Source: a virus (lineage: Duplodnaviria > Caudoviricetes). Taken from it: a stretch of DNA of 64,000 nt. Under the pieces are notes generated by a model. That model was given only the letters and a program-made list of their open reading frames with translations. It made no database searches and was not told the DNA's origin. Positions 8,764 through 17,612 of the stretch are shown piece by piece. Position numbers and translations under genes: made by a program. Location of the stretch: positions 86,427 to 150,426 of the IMG/VR virus record IMGVR_UViG_2758568729_000001. One strand, written 5' to 3'. Numbering within the stretch: the stretch's first letter is position 1; each line of letters begins with the position of its first letter.

Positions 8764-11015
8764 GGGATGAACTCCTCAAAGTGCGAGGCGGTCCAATTCC
8801 GCACGGGCGTACCTTCGGTCACATAGTGGGAGTAGAACCACCGTCCGGGTGCTTTCCCTTGCCGGTGATACGTTTGCCCGCTGATGTGCCACACGTTGCT
8901 GTCGTCGAATATCTGGTTGAATCCGGGGGTGATTTCGTTGGCCCACGGGCCGGAGATGAACCTCAGCCCGAAACGGTTGCGCCTGTAGAACAGGTTGTAG
9001 GTGACGAAGGTGCCCCGAGAAACGGTCTGGGGACTCTCGACCCCGGCCCGGACGATCAGGTTGCAGCCGTCGCCGTAGTTGTCGTCGAAGGCGAACCAGC
9101 TACAGTCGCCGGTCATGTGGCCCACGATGGTGATGGCGTTCGCCACGTCGGCGAGCAACGGGCTTGGGGTGTCCTGGCCGCCTGTGTACATGTCGAACCG
9201 GTTGAACCGCACGGCCGCGTTGTCACCGGAGGTGATTTGGTGTGAGTCGCAGTGACCGCCTGGCGCCTTTTGTAGGCTGTGGGTCCAGCAGAACTCGATC
9301 AGCGTGTCCTTGCCGGTCTTGAACGCGTCATTGCCGCAGTGGTACACCTCGCAGTACCGGGCGGTGTACGACCCGTACGGGGGGATCGCGGCGGACACCG
9401 AAAGCCCGCACTCGATCTCGCAGTACGACATGTTGAAACCGGGGTAGGTGTCGCTTGTCGCGATGACGTACTTCCCGGACCCGACAATTTCCCGACCGGA
9501 GATCCGGCAGTACCGCATCGTCACATTCGGGGCGGAGATCTTGACCTGTCCGACCATGTCGATGTACTCGACCAGCGCCCCGGGCCGGGTGATTTCCAGC
9601 CCCAGTGTGCCGGTGATCGTGTCGAGTCCGATCGTGCCCGACACCAATCCTTTGGCGTCGATGAACGGCTGCCCCACGTGCGAGTAGTCGATCACCCGCA
9701 GGTACGTGTAGTCCCGGCCCTGAGCGTCCAAGACTGGCCGAACCCCGCAATACTCCGGGCCCATCTGGGCGCCGTTGGTGACACCCGGAGGCGGCTCGGT
9801 TGCCCCGTAGTAGCCCCTGCCGTTGTTCGCCCCACCGTTGCCGCCCCAACCATCGGGGGCGCCGACGATCGGGCCGATCGAGCCGATGACCCACTCGCCG
9901 GCGGGAACGGCCAGGACCTCGGCCGGATCCGACGCCAGCGACGCGTTCGCCGCAGTCAGGGTGATCGTGTAGTTGGTGCCGTTGATCAGGCCCTCGATCG
10001 TGTGGTTACGCGCTGACGGCGGCAGAGTCACCGGTGCCGCGTCGTCGGGCAGGATCGAAAGGTGGTAGCCGACGATCGGGGCACCACCGGAGTCAGCCGG
10101 CGCGTCCCACGTCAGCGCCAGTTCACCGGTCGCGGGGATCGCGGCCAGGTCCCGGGGCGGGGTTGGTGGGACTACTGTGGCGACGTCACCGGACAGGACA
10201 CGCCACTCCTGGGTGTACCGGGTCCGTACGGTGCTCGCCGCACCGGGCACGTCCACGGCCGGCCCAGCAATGTCCCAGGTGGTGACGACGCTGCCGGTGA
10301 CAACGGTGGTCGGGGCGGTATCCACATCCCATGTGGTCGCGGCGGTCTTGGTGACCTGTGTCGACACGGACCCGACCGGCAGGACAGCGGCGAGGAACGC
10401 GACGTAGGAGGAGAACACCAAGCTGACGGTCAGGTTGCCGGTGCTGCCGGTTGTCGCCTTCGCGGCGGTGGCGATACCGGAGGCGGAGTCCAAGCCCTCC
10501 ACGGTCAGGATCTCGACCTGCTCGGTCAGCGCGCCAGGGTCGGTGACCGCCCACGCGGACAGGCCCCGGTTGTCGATGACCCCGACCCCGGCGACGATCA
10601 GGGTGTCCGCGACGGAGGTGACGATCGCCGGGCAGCAGGAGTCGATCGGCGGGACCGTCGAGTTGATCTGCGATGACGTGCTGTCGAACGGGGAGCCGGT
10701 GGCGATGGCGCCGCGTACGACGAGCATCGCGGCAGTGGTAGAGCTGGTGCCGCCGGTCCATGTGTAGGTGGTCGGGTCGGCGCCGTTGACCCTTCGCCAC
10801 GCCAGGCACGCGTACCCCTGCACCACGGGTGCGTCACCGAACGTCAAACCAGCCTCGGCGGTTGCCCACCCGGCCGGTTGCATCAGCGGGGCGGTGCCGT
10901 GGGTCGACGCAACCACCAGCAGCAGGTCACCGGCCTGCGCCTCCACGGGGACGGTGATGGTGACGTCGGTCAAGCCGACCCCGGAGGCGGTGGCGACCAC
11001 GGTGGGTGCTGGCAT
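8760..11015 (-). CDS. Large virion surface protein: beta module + fibronectin type III + putative right-handed beta-helix
   Basis: FN3 signature LTWDAPADSGGAPIVGY...GLINGTNYTITLTAAN; C-terminal ISAPNVTMRYCRI / IEFCWTH / HCDSHQ repeats. Confidence 0.8.
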   Translation of the reverse strand: MPAPTVVATASGVGLTDVTITVPVEAQAGDLLLVVASTHGTAPLMQPAGWATAEAGLTFGDAPVVQGYACLAWRRVNGADPTTYTWTGGTSSTTAAMLVVRGAIATGSPFDSTSSQINSTVPPIDSCCPAIVTSVADTLIVAGVGVIDNRGLSAWAVTDPGALTEQVEILTVEGLDSASGIATAAKATTGSTGNLTVSLVFSSYVAFLAAVLPVGSVSTQVTKTAATTWDVDTAPTTVVTGSVVTTWDIAGPAVDVPGAASTVRTRYTQEWRVLSGDVATVVPPTPPRDLAAIPATGELALTWDAPADSGGAPIVGYHLSILPDDAAPVTLPPSARNHTIEGLINGTNYTITLTAANASLASDPAEVLAVPAGEWVIGSIGPIVGAPDGWGGNGGANNGRGYYGATEPPPGVTNGAQMGPEYCGVRPVLDAQGRDYTYLRVIDYSHVGQPFIDAKGLVSGTIGLDTITGTLGLEITRPGALVEYIDMVGQVKISAPNVTMRYCRISGREIVGSGKYVIATSDTYPGFNMSYCEIECGLSVSAAIPPYGSYTARYCEVYHCGNDAFKTGKDTLIEFCWTHSLQKAPGGHCDSHQITSGDNAAVRFNRFDMYTGGQDTPSPLLADVANAITIVGHMTGDCSWFAFDDNYGDGCNLIVRAGVESPQTVSRGTFVTYNLFYRRNRFGLRFISGPWANEITPGFNQIFDDSNVWHISGQTYHRQGKAPGRWFYSHYVTEGTPVRNWTASHFEEFIP

Positions 11016-11030
11016 GCCCGCCCTCCCCAG

Positions 11031-11567
11031 TCAGAGGGTGGTGCCGGTGACGGCGAGGGTGAGCCCGTCAGCGGTGACCGCAGCGGAGTTGGTGCAGGTG
11101 CGCCGGACCCACACGGCCCGGACACGGCCGGGAGCGATGTCGCCGATACTCAGCGCGGTTCCGGTGGAGGTCGGGACGCTGAACACCACCCCGGGTGGGG
11201 CGGTGGTGGCGTTCGCGATCCCCAACGCCTGCGGGGTGCCGGCCTGCCCGACCGGGGACACCGGGGTTGGGTCGACCCCGATGGCGCAGGTGGTGCCGCC
11301 GCCGACCTGGGCGGAGATGTACACCCCGGCAGCGTTGAGGGTCAGGGTGGCGTGGGTGTTGCGCACGAACACGCACGCGTAGTCGATGGTCGACGCCACG
11401 TTCTGGGCGGCGGTCACGTTCAAGAGCAGGGTGTTCGCCCCGGCGACCATTTGGGTGGTGGCCACGTACCGGCCGAGGCTGGCCCCGACGGTGCCGGCGG
11501 CCACGTACCCGGCCGAGGCCCCGGGTGCGCTGAGGTGGAACAGGATGTCGGCGGCGACGATGGCCAC
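11031..11567 (-). CDS. Putative virion structural protein
   Basis: DYACVFVRNTH...LSIGDIAPG..RAVWVRR, beta-rich; GGAGG RBS. Confidence 0.7.
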   Translation of the reverse strand: MAIVAADILFHLSAPGASAGYVAAGTVGASLGRYVATTQMVAGANTLLLNVTAAQNVASTIDYACVFVRNTHATLTLNAAGVYISAQVGGGTTCAIGVDPTPVSPVGQAGTPQALGIANATTAPPGVVFSVPTSTGTALSIGDIAPGRVRAVWVRRTCTNSAAVTADGLTLAVTGTTL

Positions 11568-11631
11568 GGGTGCGCCTCCCTACTCGCCGGTGGAAAGGGC
11601 ACGGGTTGGTGGCGCCGGGAACTGCGGCAGG

Positions 11632-12327
11632 TCACATCCCCGCAGGTGCGGGTAGCGGTGTCTCGTCAAGGAGCGCGCGCACCGCAGCCGGGCCGTGCTT
11701 GGCGGCGTACTGGTAACGCACCTGCAACGCCCGGCTTGGTGCGGATCCGACGTGCCGGTTCAGGCGCTCCTGCGGCGGGTGCCACAGGTGGTACAGGGGT
11801 GCGGTTCCACGCCAACTGGGCCCGGCCAGGGATGTCAGGGCGAGCGCCCACGACTCGTCCTCGCCGCCCCAGCCCTGGAATCGGGGGTCGAGCGGCACCT
11901 GCTCGTACACGATGCGCGGAAGGACGGTGATTCCGCCGCCGTCGAGGCCGCGGTACGGGTCCTGCGTCGTCGCACCGGCAACGGATGCGGGCTTGACTCC
12001 ACTGAAAACGGCGGTGGTGGCCAGCTCGGTCAACCGGTGCACGTTGCCGTGCGGTACCGCCCACGGGGCACCACGTTCGACCGCGTCCACGGCCAGGTCG
12101 ACGCCGTGGCAGATCACGTCCGCGTCGGCGATGACCAGCATGTCGCCGTCGGCCCGGGTGAGGGCGTAGCCGACCGCGTTGGCTTTGACCCAAGGGCCGC
12201 CGACGTTGGTGCCGGCAACCACCTGCCAGTCAGGGTGTGTGGCCGCCCACCACCGCCGAACCCACGCCCACGCCCGGTCCCGGTGCCCGCCATCGGGCCG
12301 CCACGGCACCAGAACGGTGACGGTCAC
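11632..12327 (-). CDS. Glycosyltransferase (GT-A fold, GT2/GT7-like)
   Basis: VLVPWR...DADV (DxD)...DPRFQGWGGED...LYHLWH; GTGA overlap with the upstream stop. Confidence 0.88.
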   Translation of the reverse strand: MTVTVLVPWRPDGGHRDRAWAWVRRWWAATHPDWQVVAGTNVGGPWVKANAVGYALTRADGDMLVIADADVICHGVDLAVDAVERGAPWAVPHGNVHRLTELATTAVFSGVKPASVAGATTQDPYRGLDGGGITVLPRIVYEQVPLDPRFQGWGGEDESWALALTSLAGPSWRGTAPLYHLWHPPQERLNRHVGSAPSRALQVRYQYAAKHGPAAVRALLDETPLPAPAGM

Positions 12328-13118
12328 TGCCGCCACCGCAGGTACGCGGCCGGGTCGTGCACCATGCCGGAGTCGGTGGGGGACAGGTACCAGAAGTGCT
12401 GCCGGAACACGTCCGCGAGAGCTTCGACGCCGTGCCGTTCGGCGATCTCCCCGTAGGCCCGCCAGTGCGCCCCCTGGTCGGCGGGGAGGTCGGTGCGCCG
12501 GTACGCCTCCGCCCCGTTGACCGCCTTCCGCACGAACTGGTCGGCCGACCGGTAGGGGAAATGCCGCACCTGAAGCACCGGCGCCGCCCGGCCACCGGAC
12601 GGGAGAGTCACCCCATGGTTGCCTTGGTGGATGACCGCCCCGGGTTCCCACCGGAACGCGACCTTCGGCAGCCGAGTCGCCTCACGTTGTCGCCACACCA
12701 TCGTGCGGAACGGGTCGGAACCGGCCGGGTCCGGGTCCACCGATGTGCAGAAGTGGTTGGTCAGCGCCGCTTGGGCAACCGGGCGGTCCAGTTCGGGAAG
12801 CACCAGGCGGATCCGGTCCGCTTCGGCGGTCCACAACTCGTCGGCGTCGAACGGCACAATCCAGGTCTCCCCGGGTCGCAGCGCGGCGGCTTGGTCAGCC
12901 AGAGCCGTCATCTTCCGGGACTGGTAGTACGCGGGCTCGGGGTCGTCGACCACGGTCAGCGGCAGCTCCCGGGCCAACCGGTCGAGGATGTCCCTGGTGC
13001 CGTCGGTGGAGCCGTTGTCGGCGACGATCAGGTGGTCGACCTCGTCGGCCATGTGCCGCAGGGTGCCCTCAACAACATCCGCTTCGTCGCGAACCATTGA
13101 GATCCCGAATACGGCCAC
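12324..13118 (-). CDS. Glycosyltransferase family 2
   Basis: MVRDEAD...ADNGSTDGT...PFDADELW...HFPYRS. Confidence 0.9.
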   Translation of the reverse strand: MAVFGISMVRDEADVVEGTLRHMADEVDHLIVADNGSTDGTRDILDRLARELPLTVVDDPEPAYYQSRKMTALADQAAALRPGETWIVPFDADELWTAEADRIRLVLPELDRPVAQAALTNHFCTSVDPDPAGSDPFRTMVWRQREATRLPKVAFRWEPGAVIHQGNHGVTLPSGGRAAPVLQVRHFPYRSADQFVRKAVNGAEAYRRTDLPADQGAHWRAYGEIAERHGVEALADVFRQHFWYLSPTDSGMVHDPAAYLRWRQ

Positions 13119-13119
13119 G

Positions 13120-13755
13120 TCAGTGCCTCCTCGCGTCGTAGAGCACGGGGTGGACCACCGGCCACGGCGGAGACAGGGGTGTGTCGAACAGTTCCGGGAA
13201 CTGCTCGGGTGTGCGGGTCGCTACCAGCAGGTTCTGGCGGTACCAGTTCTCCACCCGGTCGTCGTTCCAGATCGACCAGCGGAGCGCACCGGACACCGAC
13301 CACCCGTGGGCCTTGAACCGGGTTACCCAGTAGTTGGGCCACTGCTCGTTGACGTGCCCCACACCGCCTTGGCCGGGGATGGCCGCCGAGAACAAGAGCG
13401 TCGGGGCCAGGTTGCACAGGTCGTCCACGAGGCTGTCGGCCCGGGACGGGGGAAGGTGCTCGGCTACCTCAAGGCACACCGCAAGGTCGAAACGGCCGTG
13501 CAGGTGCGCCGGGAGCGGCAGTGCCAGGTCGTGGGGGATGAACCGGTCGCCGAGCGGTGACCCGGTCACGTAGGCGCCGTCGACACCGATGACCTCGCAC
13601 CCGTGGCCGGCGAACGTGTCCGCCCACCAGCCCTCACCGCAGCCGACGTCGATCACCGTGGCGGGTTTGACGATGTCGACGACGACGGGCACCACGGCGG
13701 CGGCGGATGCCCGGGTGCCGGCCCGGATGGTGTCGTAGAACGAGCCGTTGTACAT
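13120..13755 (-). CDS. Class I SAM-dependent methyltransferase (glycan O-methyltransferase-like)
   Basis: VIDVGCGEG, VDG, CLEVAEHL and SAAIPGQGGVGHVNEQ motifs. Confidence 0.9.
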   Translation of the reverse strand: MYNGSFYDTIRAGTRASAAAVVPVVVDIVKPATVIDVGCGEGWWADTFAGHGCEVIGVDGAYVTGSPLGDRFIPHDLALPLPAHLHGRFDLAVCLEVAEHLPPSRADSLVDDLCNLAPTLLFSAAIPGQGGVGHVNEQWPNYWVTRFKAHGWSVSGALRWSIWNDDRVENWYRQNLLVATRTPEQFPELFDTPLSPPWPVVHPVLYDARRH

Positions 13756-14444
13756 CAGTACCCGACTCCGATCCGCTGATGACCGACGTGTTCCACCCAA
13801 GGTGAGTCGCTGCGCGCGCCCCAGTAGCCGAACCGGACTTGGTCGCCCGGCACGGTGCCGAGCCCGGAGGAAAGGAGCCGGTTGGTGAAGTGGCCTTCGG
13901 ACTGTTCCCGGTCCGGCCAGCCCACCTGAAGCAGCTCCGTTCGGTACAGGCAGGGGTTGGTGGTGAAGAACTGGCGGTGCTCCAACCACTGGTGCCCGTG
14001 ATCGTCGTGGCAGGCGGTGTACGCCTCCGGGTGCTGTTCGACAACGCCCCCTGCGGCCCGCTCGGCTGTGTTCCACGACTGCCGGCGGAGCGCCATCTGC
14101 ACCAGGTGCGGGCGTTCGGTAAGCACTTCGGCCATCGCCGCCAGGTCGACCGGCCGGTGAAAGGTGAAGTCCTGCTCGATGTGGAACAGCCAGTCGGCGG
14201 TGCTGTGGGCGGCGAGGTGCGACCACGCTGCCCGGATCGCCCCACCGAACCCTTGCCGTGGGCCGCCGTTGATGTGCCGGAACTCCGGCCAGACGGCGGC
14301 GAGTCGGGCCCGGTAGGCGGCGTTGCCGGTGTCGTCGTACATCCACCGCTCGCTGATCGGCCCTTCGAGCGCGTCAAGCGAAGAGATGCACTGGGCGAGG
14401 TAGTCATCGCGGCCGTCGGTGATGACGAGGAGGGCGATGCTCAA
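13755..14444 (-). CDS. Glycosyltransferase (GT-A fold)
   Basis: LLVITDGRDDYL...YDDTG...FHIEQDF...VEHVG; TTG start overlaps the upstream stop. Confidence 0.8.
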   Translation of the reverse strand: MSIALLVITDGRDDYLAQCISSLDALEGPISERWMYDDTGNAAYRARLAAVWPEFRHINGGPRQGFGGAIRAAWSHLAAHSTADWLFHIEQDFTFHRPVDLAAMAEVLTERPHLVQMALRRQSWNTAERAAGGVVEQHPEAYTACHDDHGHQWLEHRQFFTTNPCLYRTELLQVGWPDREQSEGHFTNRLLSSGLGTVPGDQVRFGYWGARSDSPWVEHVGHQRIGVGY

Positions 14445-15040
14445 CCAAGCACCGCCTTCACGATCTGGTGGTGAACGCGGTTCTTCTCGACCATCGACGG
14501 GGCCCGGTTGCGGCTGCCCCGCCGGACGTGCGCCCGGTACACCGCTCGGGGGATTGCTTCCACCGTCGCGCCGGCGGCCCAGCACCGCAGCCACAGCGAC
14601 CAGTCCTCGTACAGGGGTTCGTCCCACCAGCCGCCGACGGCGCGGACCAGGCCGGTCCGGACGGCGGTACCGACGACCAGCCAATTCCCGTGGGGCAGGC
14701 ATCCGGCGTGGCAGATGTGGAGGTGGCCGGCGACCCTCGGCAAGCCCGGTGCGCCGACCCGGCGGCCGTGGACGTACCGGACGGCGGGGGCCCGCAGATC
14801 GGCGGTGCCGGCGGCCATGGCGTCGAGGTAGCCCGGCTCCAACTCGTCGTCGGCGTCGAGGTGCACCACCCATTCGGTGGCCACCTGGGCGAGCGCACCG
14901 TTACGGGCGCTGTGAAGGGAGTCGGCGTGGACGTGGACGACGGGAACACCGAACGCCTGCGCGGACGGTATCGCCCGTGTTTCGGCGAGCTGCCGCCACG
15001 ACTCGTTCCCGTAGGTGCCGACGGCGATCGTCACGTCCAC
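14441..15040 (-). CDS. Glycosyltransferase family 2
   Basis: ARNGAL...HLDADD...VGGW...YEDWSLWLR. Confidence 0.9.
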   Translation of the reverse strand: MDVTIAVGTYGNESWRQLAETRAIPSAQAFGVPVVHVHADSLHSARNGALAQVATEWVVHLDADDELEPGYLDAMAAGTADLRAPAVRYVHGRRVGAPGLPRVAGHLHICHAGCLPHGNWLVVGTAVRTGLVRAVGGWWDEPLYEDWSLWLRCWAAGATVEAIPRAVYRAHVRRGSRNRAPSMVEKNRVHHQIVKAVLG

Positions 15041-15690
15041 AGGCGCCGCCGCCGGTTGAAGATGCTGCGCCCGGCCGCCATCCGGTGTCCCTGCTGGGCG
15101 TAGAGCGGATCCATCGGTGCTTTCCCGACGGTGGGGTGGAGGTGTTCGACCACGGCGTCACGCGCGAACGCCCACGCCTTGCGGTGCTTGGCGGTTGCCA
15201 CGGCCTCGTCGTCGCACCACTCGTGCGGGTAGCCCTCGTGCAGGAACTTGCCGGGCTCGTCGATGGTGCCGTACTCGGTCACGTACTCGCGGGTGACGAG
15301 CATGTGGGTTGCGTGATCGCCCCGAAGGACCCGCTTGTTCGCGAGGTCGTTGGTGCCGACCACGCCGATGCCTGCTGCCAGCCGTTTGTGTGCGGCGTTG
15401 AGCCACCCGGGGTGGAACCGGAGGTCGTCGGCGGCGGTGAAGAGGAGTGGGGCGGTGGTCGCCCGAATCCCAAAATTGATCTTCCGCTGGTAGTCGCCGC
15501 ACCCCCGCCAAGGGACCGTCACCCGTCTCCGGCCGGCGGCGTCGATCTCGGCGTGAACCGCAACGTCGTCAGGAGACACCACGAACAGCACCTCGGCGCC
15601 CGGTGTCGTAGCGGCGATCGACTCCAGGAGTGGGGCAACCCGGTGGGGGCGGCCGAGCATCGGCACCAAAATGGCCACCTCAGCCCTCAT
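15031..15690 (-). CDS. Glycosyltransferase family 2
   Basis: ILVPMLGR...KINFGI...TAADDL...WCDDE...VEHLHP. Confidence 0.85.
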   Translation of the reverse strand: MRAEVAILVPMLGRPHRVAPLLESIAATTPGAEVLFVVSPDDVAVHAEIDAAGRRRVTVPWRGCGDYQRKINFGIRATTAPLLFTAADDLRFHPGWLNAAHKRLAAGIGVVGTNDLANKRVLRGDHATHMLVTREYVTEYGTIDEPGKFLHEGYPHEWCDDEAVATAKHRKAWAFARDAVVEHLHPTVGKAPMDPLYAQQGHRMAAGRSIFNRRRRLWT

Positions 15691-15706
15691 GCCGCCCCCA
15701 ACCCGG

Positions 15707-16189
15707 TTACTGCTTCAGCAGGTCCCGCAGCTCGTCCTTCGACGACGCTGCGGCTGCCTCGTACGCGTAGCCGCGTGCCACGGCCGCTTCGATCCACACG
15801 GCGTGAGCGGCACGACCGTCCGGGAGGGCACCGTCGTCGGGCAGCTTCGCCCGCGCGGCGGCCCGGTCCGGGTCGTCGAACGGAACCGCCTGTTGGGCGG
15901 CGTCACCGGTCCCGTTCGGCTCGGCCACGGGGGCGCTGTCCGGGGCGTCGGCGGGAACCTCGTCCGGCTTGGCCTCGTCCGGCTTGGCCTCGGCCGGCGG
16001 GGCTGCCACCGGCGGGGCCGACCGGCCCACGCGTTCGATCATGCCCCGCCGCAGCAGGTGCCGGATCTCCGCCGGTTTCGCCTCGGCCGGCACGAACGCG
16101 TCCCGGTACACGTAGCTCAGCGCCGGACCGTGTGCCGTGATCGCTGTCACCACCACCACGGCGGCCGTCACCCGGTACTGGGCCGACAT
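15707..16189 (-). CDS. Hypothetical protein downstream of the capsid gene
   Basis: Coupled to the capsid stop; AKPDE repeats; short helical C-terminus. Confidence 0.7.
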   Translation of the reverse strand: MSAQYRVTAAVVVVTAITAHGPALSYVYRDAFVPAEAKPAEIRHLLRRGMIERVGRSAPPVAAPPAEAKPDEAKPDEVPADAPDSAPVAEPNGTGDAAQQAVPFDDPDRAAARAKLPDDGALPDGRAAHAVWIEAAVARGYAYEAAAASSKDELRDLLKQ

Positions 16190-17124
16190 CAGCTACCCTC
16201 CGTGTCCGTGATCCAGATGCCGGCGCCGGGCTCCTGCACGATCGGCACCGTCAGCCGGCGGGCCTGGATGTCGTGGGAGTCCGTCTTGTCGATCCGGATG
16301 ACCTTGACCTGCACGCCCCGGTCGGTCTGGGCGTAACCGGGGTCGACCTCGGTCTCGTCGGCCATCGAGCCGAGCTGCCGGGAGTCGAACAACAGGACGT
16401 CGTCCGTCGGCAGGTTCTGCTCCGTGGTCGTCAGGATCCTGTACGGGCCGACCTGGTCCAGCTCGCCCGTGTAGATCGGGTTGGTGGTCGTCTCCCGGCG
16501 GCGCAACTGGGCGATGATGTTGTCGGTCATCATCAGCGCCGCCTTGGTGTCGGACATCAGGAGCGTGTCCGGCACGTAGCCCTGGTTCAGGCCCTTGATC
16601 TTCGCTGCGGCCAGGGCCACGTCCCGCCACATGCGGGCGGCGTCGTCGTCGTCCCACGGGGCGATCGCCTCGTGCACGGCGGTTACCTGCGAGGCGACGA
16701 CCGACAGGGTGATCTCGTCGACCATGCTGATGACCGTGTTGACGGTTTTCAGCAGGGCGCGGTCGACGACCTCACCGCCGTACACGGAGCGCTTGATCTG
16801 CTCGTCGGTGATCGGCACCGCCTGGCCCCACTTGCGGACGGCGGCGAGGATCGCGGTTCCGACCCCGGGGGTGGCGCGCGGGTACTCGGCGCCGGGGGCG
16901 ATCGAGCGGGCGTCGCGGGCGTTCCGGAGCGGTTCCGACTGCTCGGCGAGGACCGCCCCGCCCTGGGAGCGGAGACGCCCGGTGAGGATCAGGTCGGACA
17001 CGAACCGCAGCTCGGCGAGGGTCCGCAGGCGGCGGCTGATCTGACGCGGCGACTGGAGCAGCCGGTGGGTGGTGATGAGGTTGTCCACCATCGTTGGCGG
17101 TTGTGCCGGATAGGTACCGGGCAT
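16189..17124 (-). CDS. Major capsid protein
   Basis: IAPGAEYP...KWG...ITDE...GYVPDTLLM...VPIVQEP.A; synteny; AAAGGA RBS. Confidence 0.9.
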   Translation of the reverse strand: MPGTYPAQPPTMVDNLITTHRLLQSPRQISRRLRTLAELRFVSDLILTGRLRSQGGAVLAEQSEPLRNARDARSIAPGAEYPRATPGVGTAILAAVRKWGQAVPITDEQIKRSVYGGEVVDRALLKTVNTVISMVDEITLSVVASQVTAVHEAIAPWDDDDAARMWRDVALAAAKIKGLNQGYVPDTLLMSDTKAALMMTDNIIAQLRRRETTTNPIYTGELDQVGPYRILTTTEQNLPTDDVLLFDSRQLGSMADETEVDPGYAQTDRGVQVKVIRIDKTDSHDIQARRLTVPIVQEPGAGIWITDTEGS

Positions 17125-17254
17125 CGCTGGTCCTTTCGCGGGTTGCCCGGTTTCCGGGCACGCAGAAAAGGCCCGCAGCGCGTGATGCGCGGGGCCTGTG
17201 GGTGGTGAAGCGGGTGGTGCCGGCTAGTCAGTCACCGGCGGGAAGAGGAGAGGG

Positions 17255-17611
17255 TCAGATGTCCATGTAGGTGACGAACCCGCCGGAGGCGGTGGTGAGC
17301 GCCACCCCGAGGTCGTTGACGTGACCGGAACTGGTGGCGACCGCACCGCCCGCAGCAGGGACGACCCGGGCGCCGGCGGTGATGGCACCGGAAGCGGCGA
17401 CCTCGTGGACGAGTCCGCGACCGAAGATCTTCACCTCGGCGCCCTGGGGCGCGTCGTAGGCGAAGTGTCCGATTCCGGCGGCGGTCGTCGCGGTGGACGG
17501 ACCGGCCGTCCACGATCCGGTGACGATGGCGACCTGGCCGCCGGTGACGGCGGCGGACGTGACCATGGTGAACTCGTCGCCTGGCTTGAACAGTGGCTCG
17601 TACTCGGGCAT
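17255..17611 (-). CDS. Capsid decoration/cement protein (DUF2190-like)
   Basis: Small Gly/Ala-rich protein: ASGAITAGARVV...G.A...GVALT. Confidence 0.8.
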   Translation of the reverse strand: MPEYEPLFKPGDEFTMVTSAAVTGGQVAIVTGSWTAGPSTATTAAGIGHFAYDAPQGAEVKIFGRGLVHEVAASGAITAGARVVPAAGGAVATSSGHVNDLGVALTTASGGFVTYMDI

Positions 17612-17612
17612 G

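Noticed and set aside
6183-11567. Diversity-generating retroelement acting on the fibre genes
   Set aside because: No reverse transcriptase or template/variable repeat pair was seen.
11632-15690. GT cluster as a DNA hypermodification or serotype-conversion locus
   Set aside because: No base hydroxymethylase/TET or GtrAB/flippase genes are present and the cluster sits within virion genes. This reading is disfavoured but not excluded.
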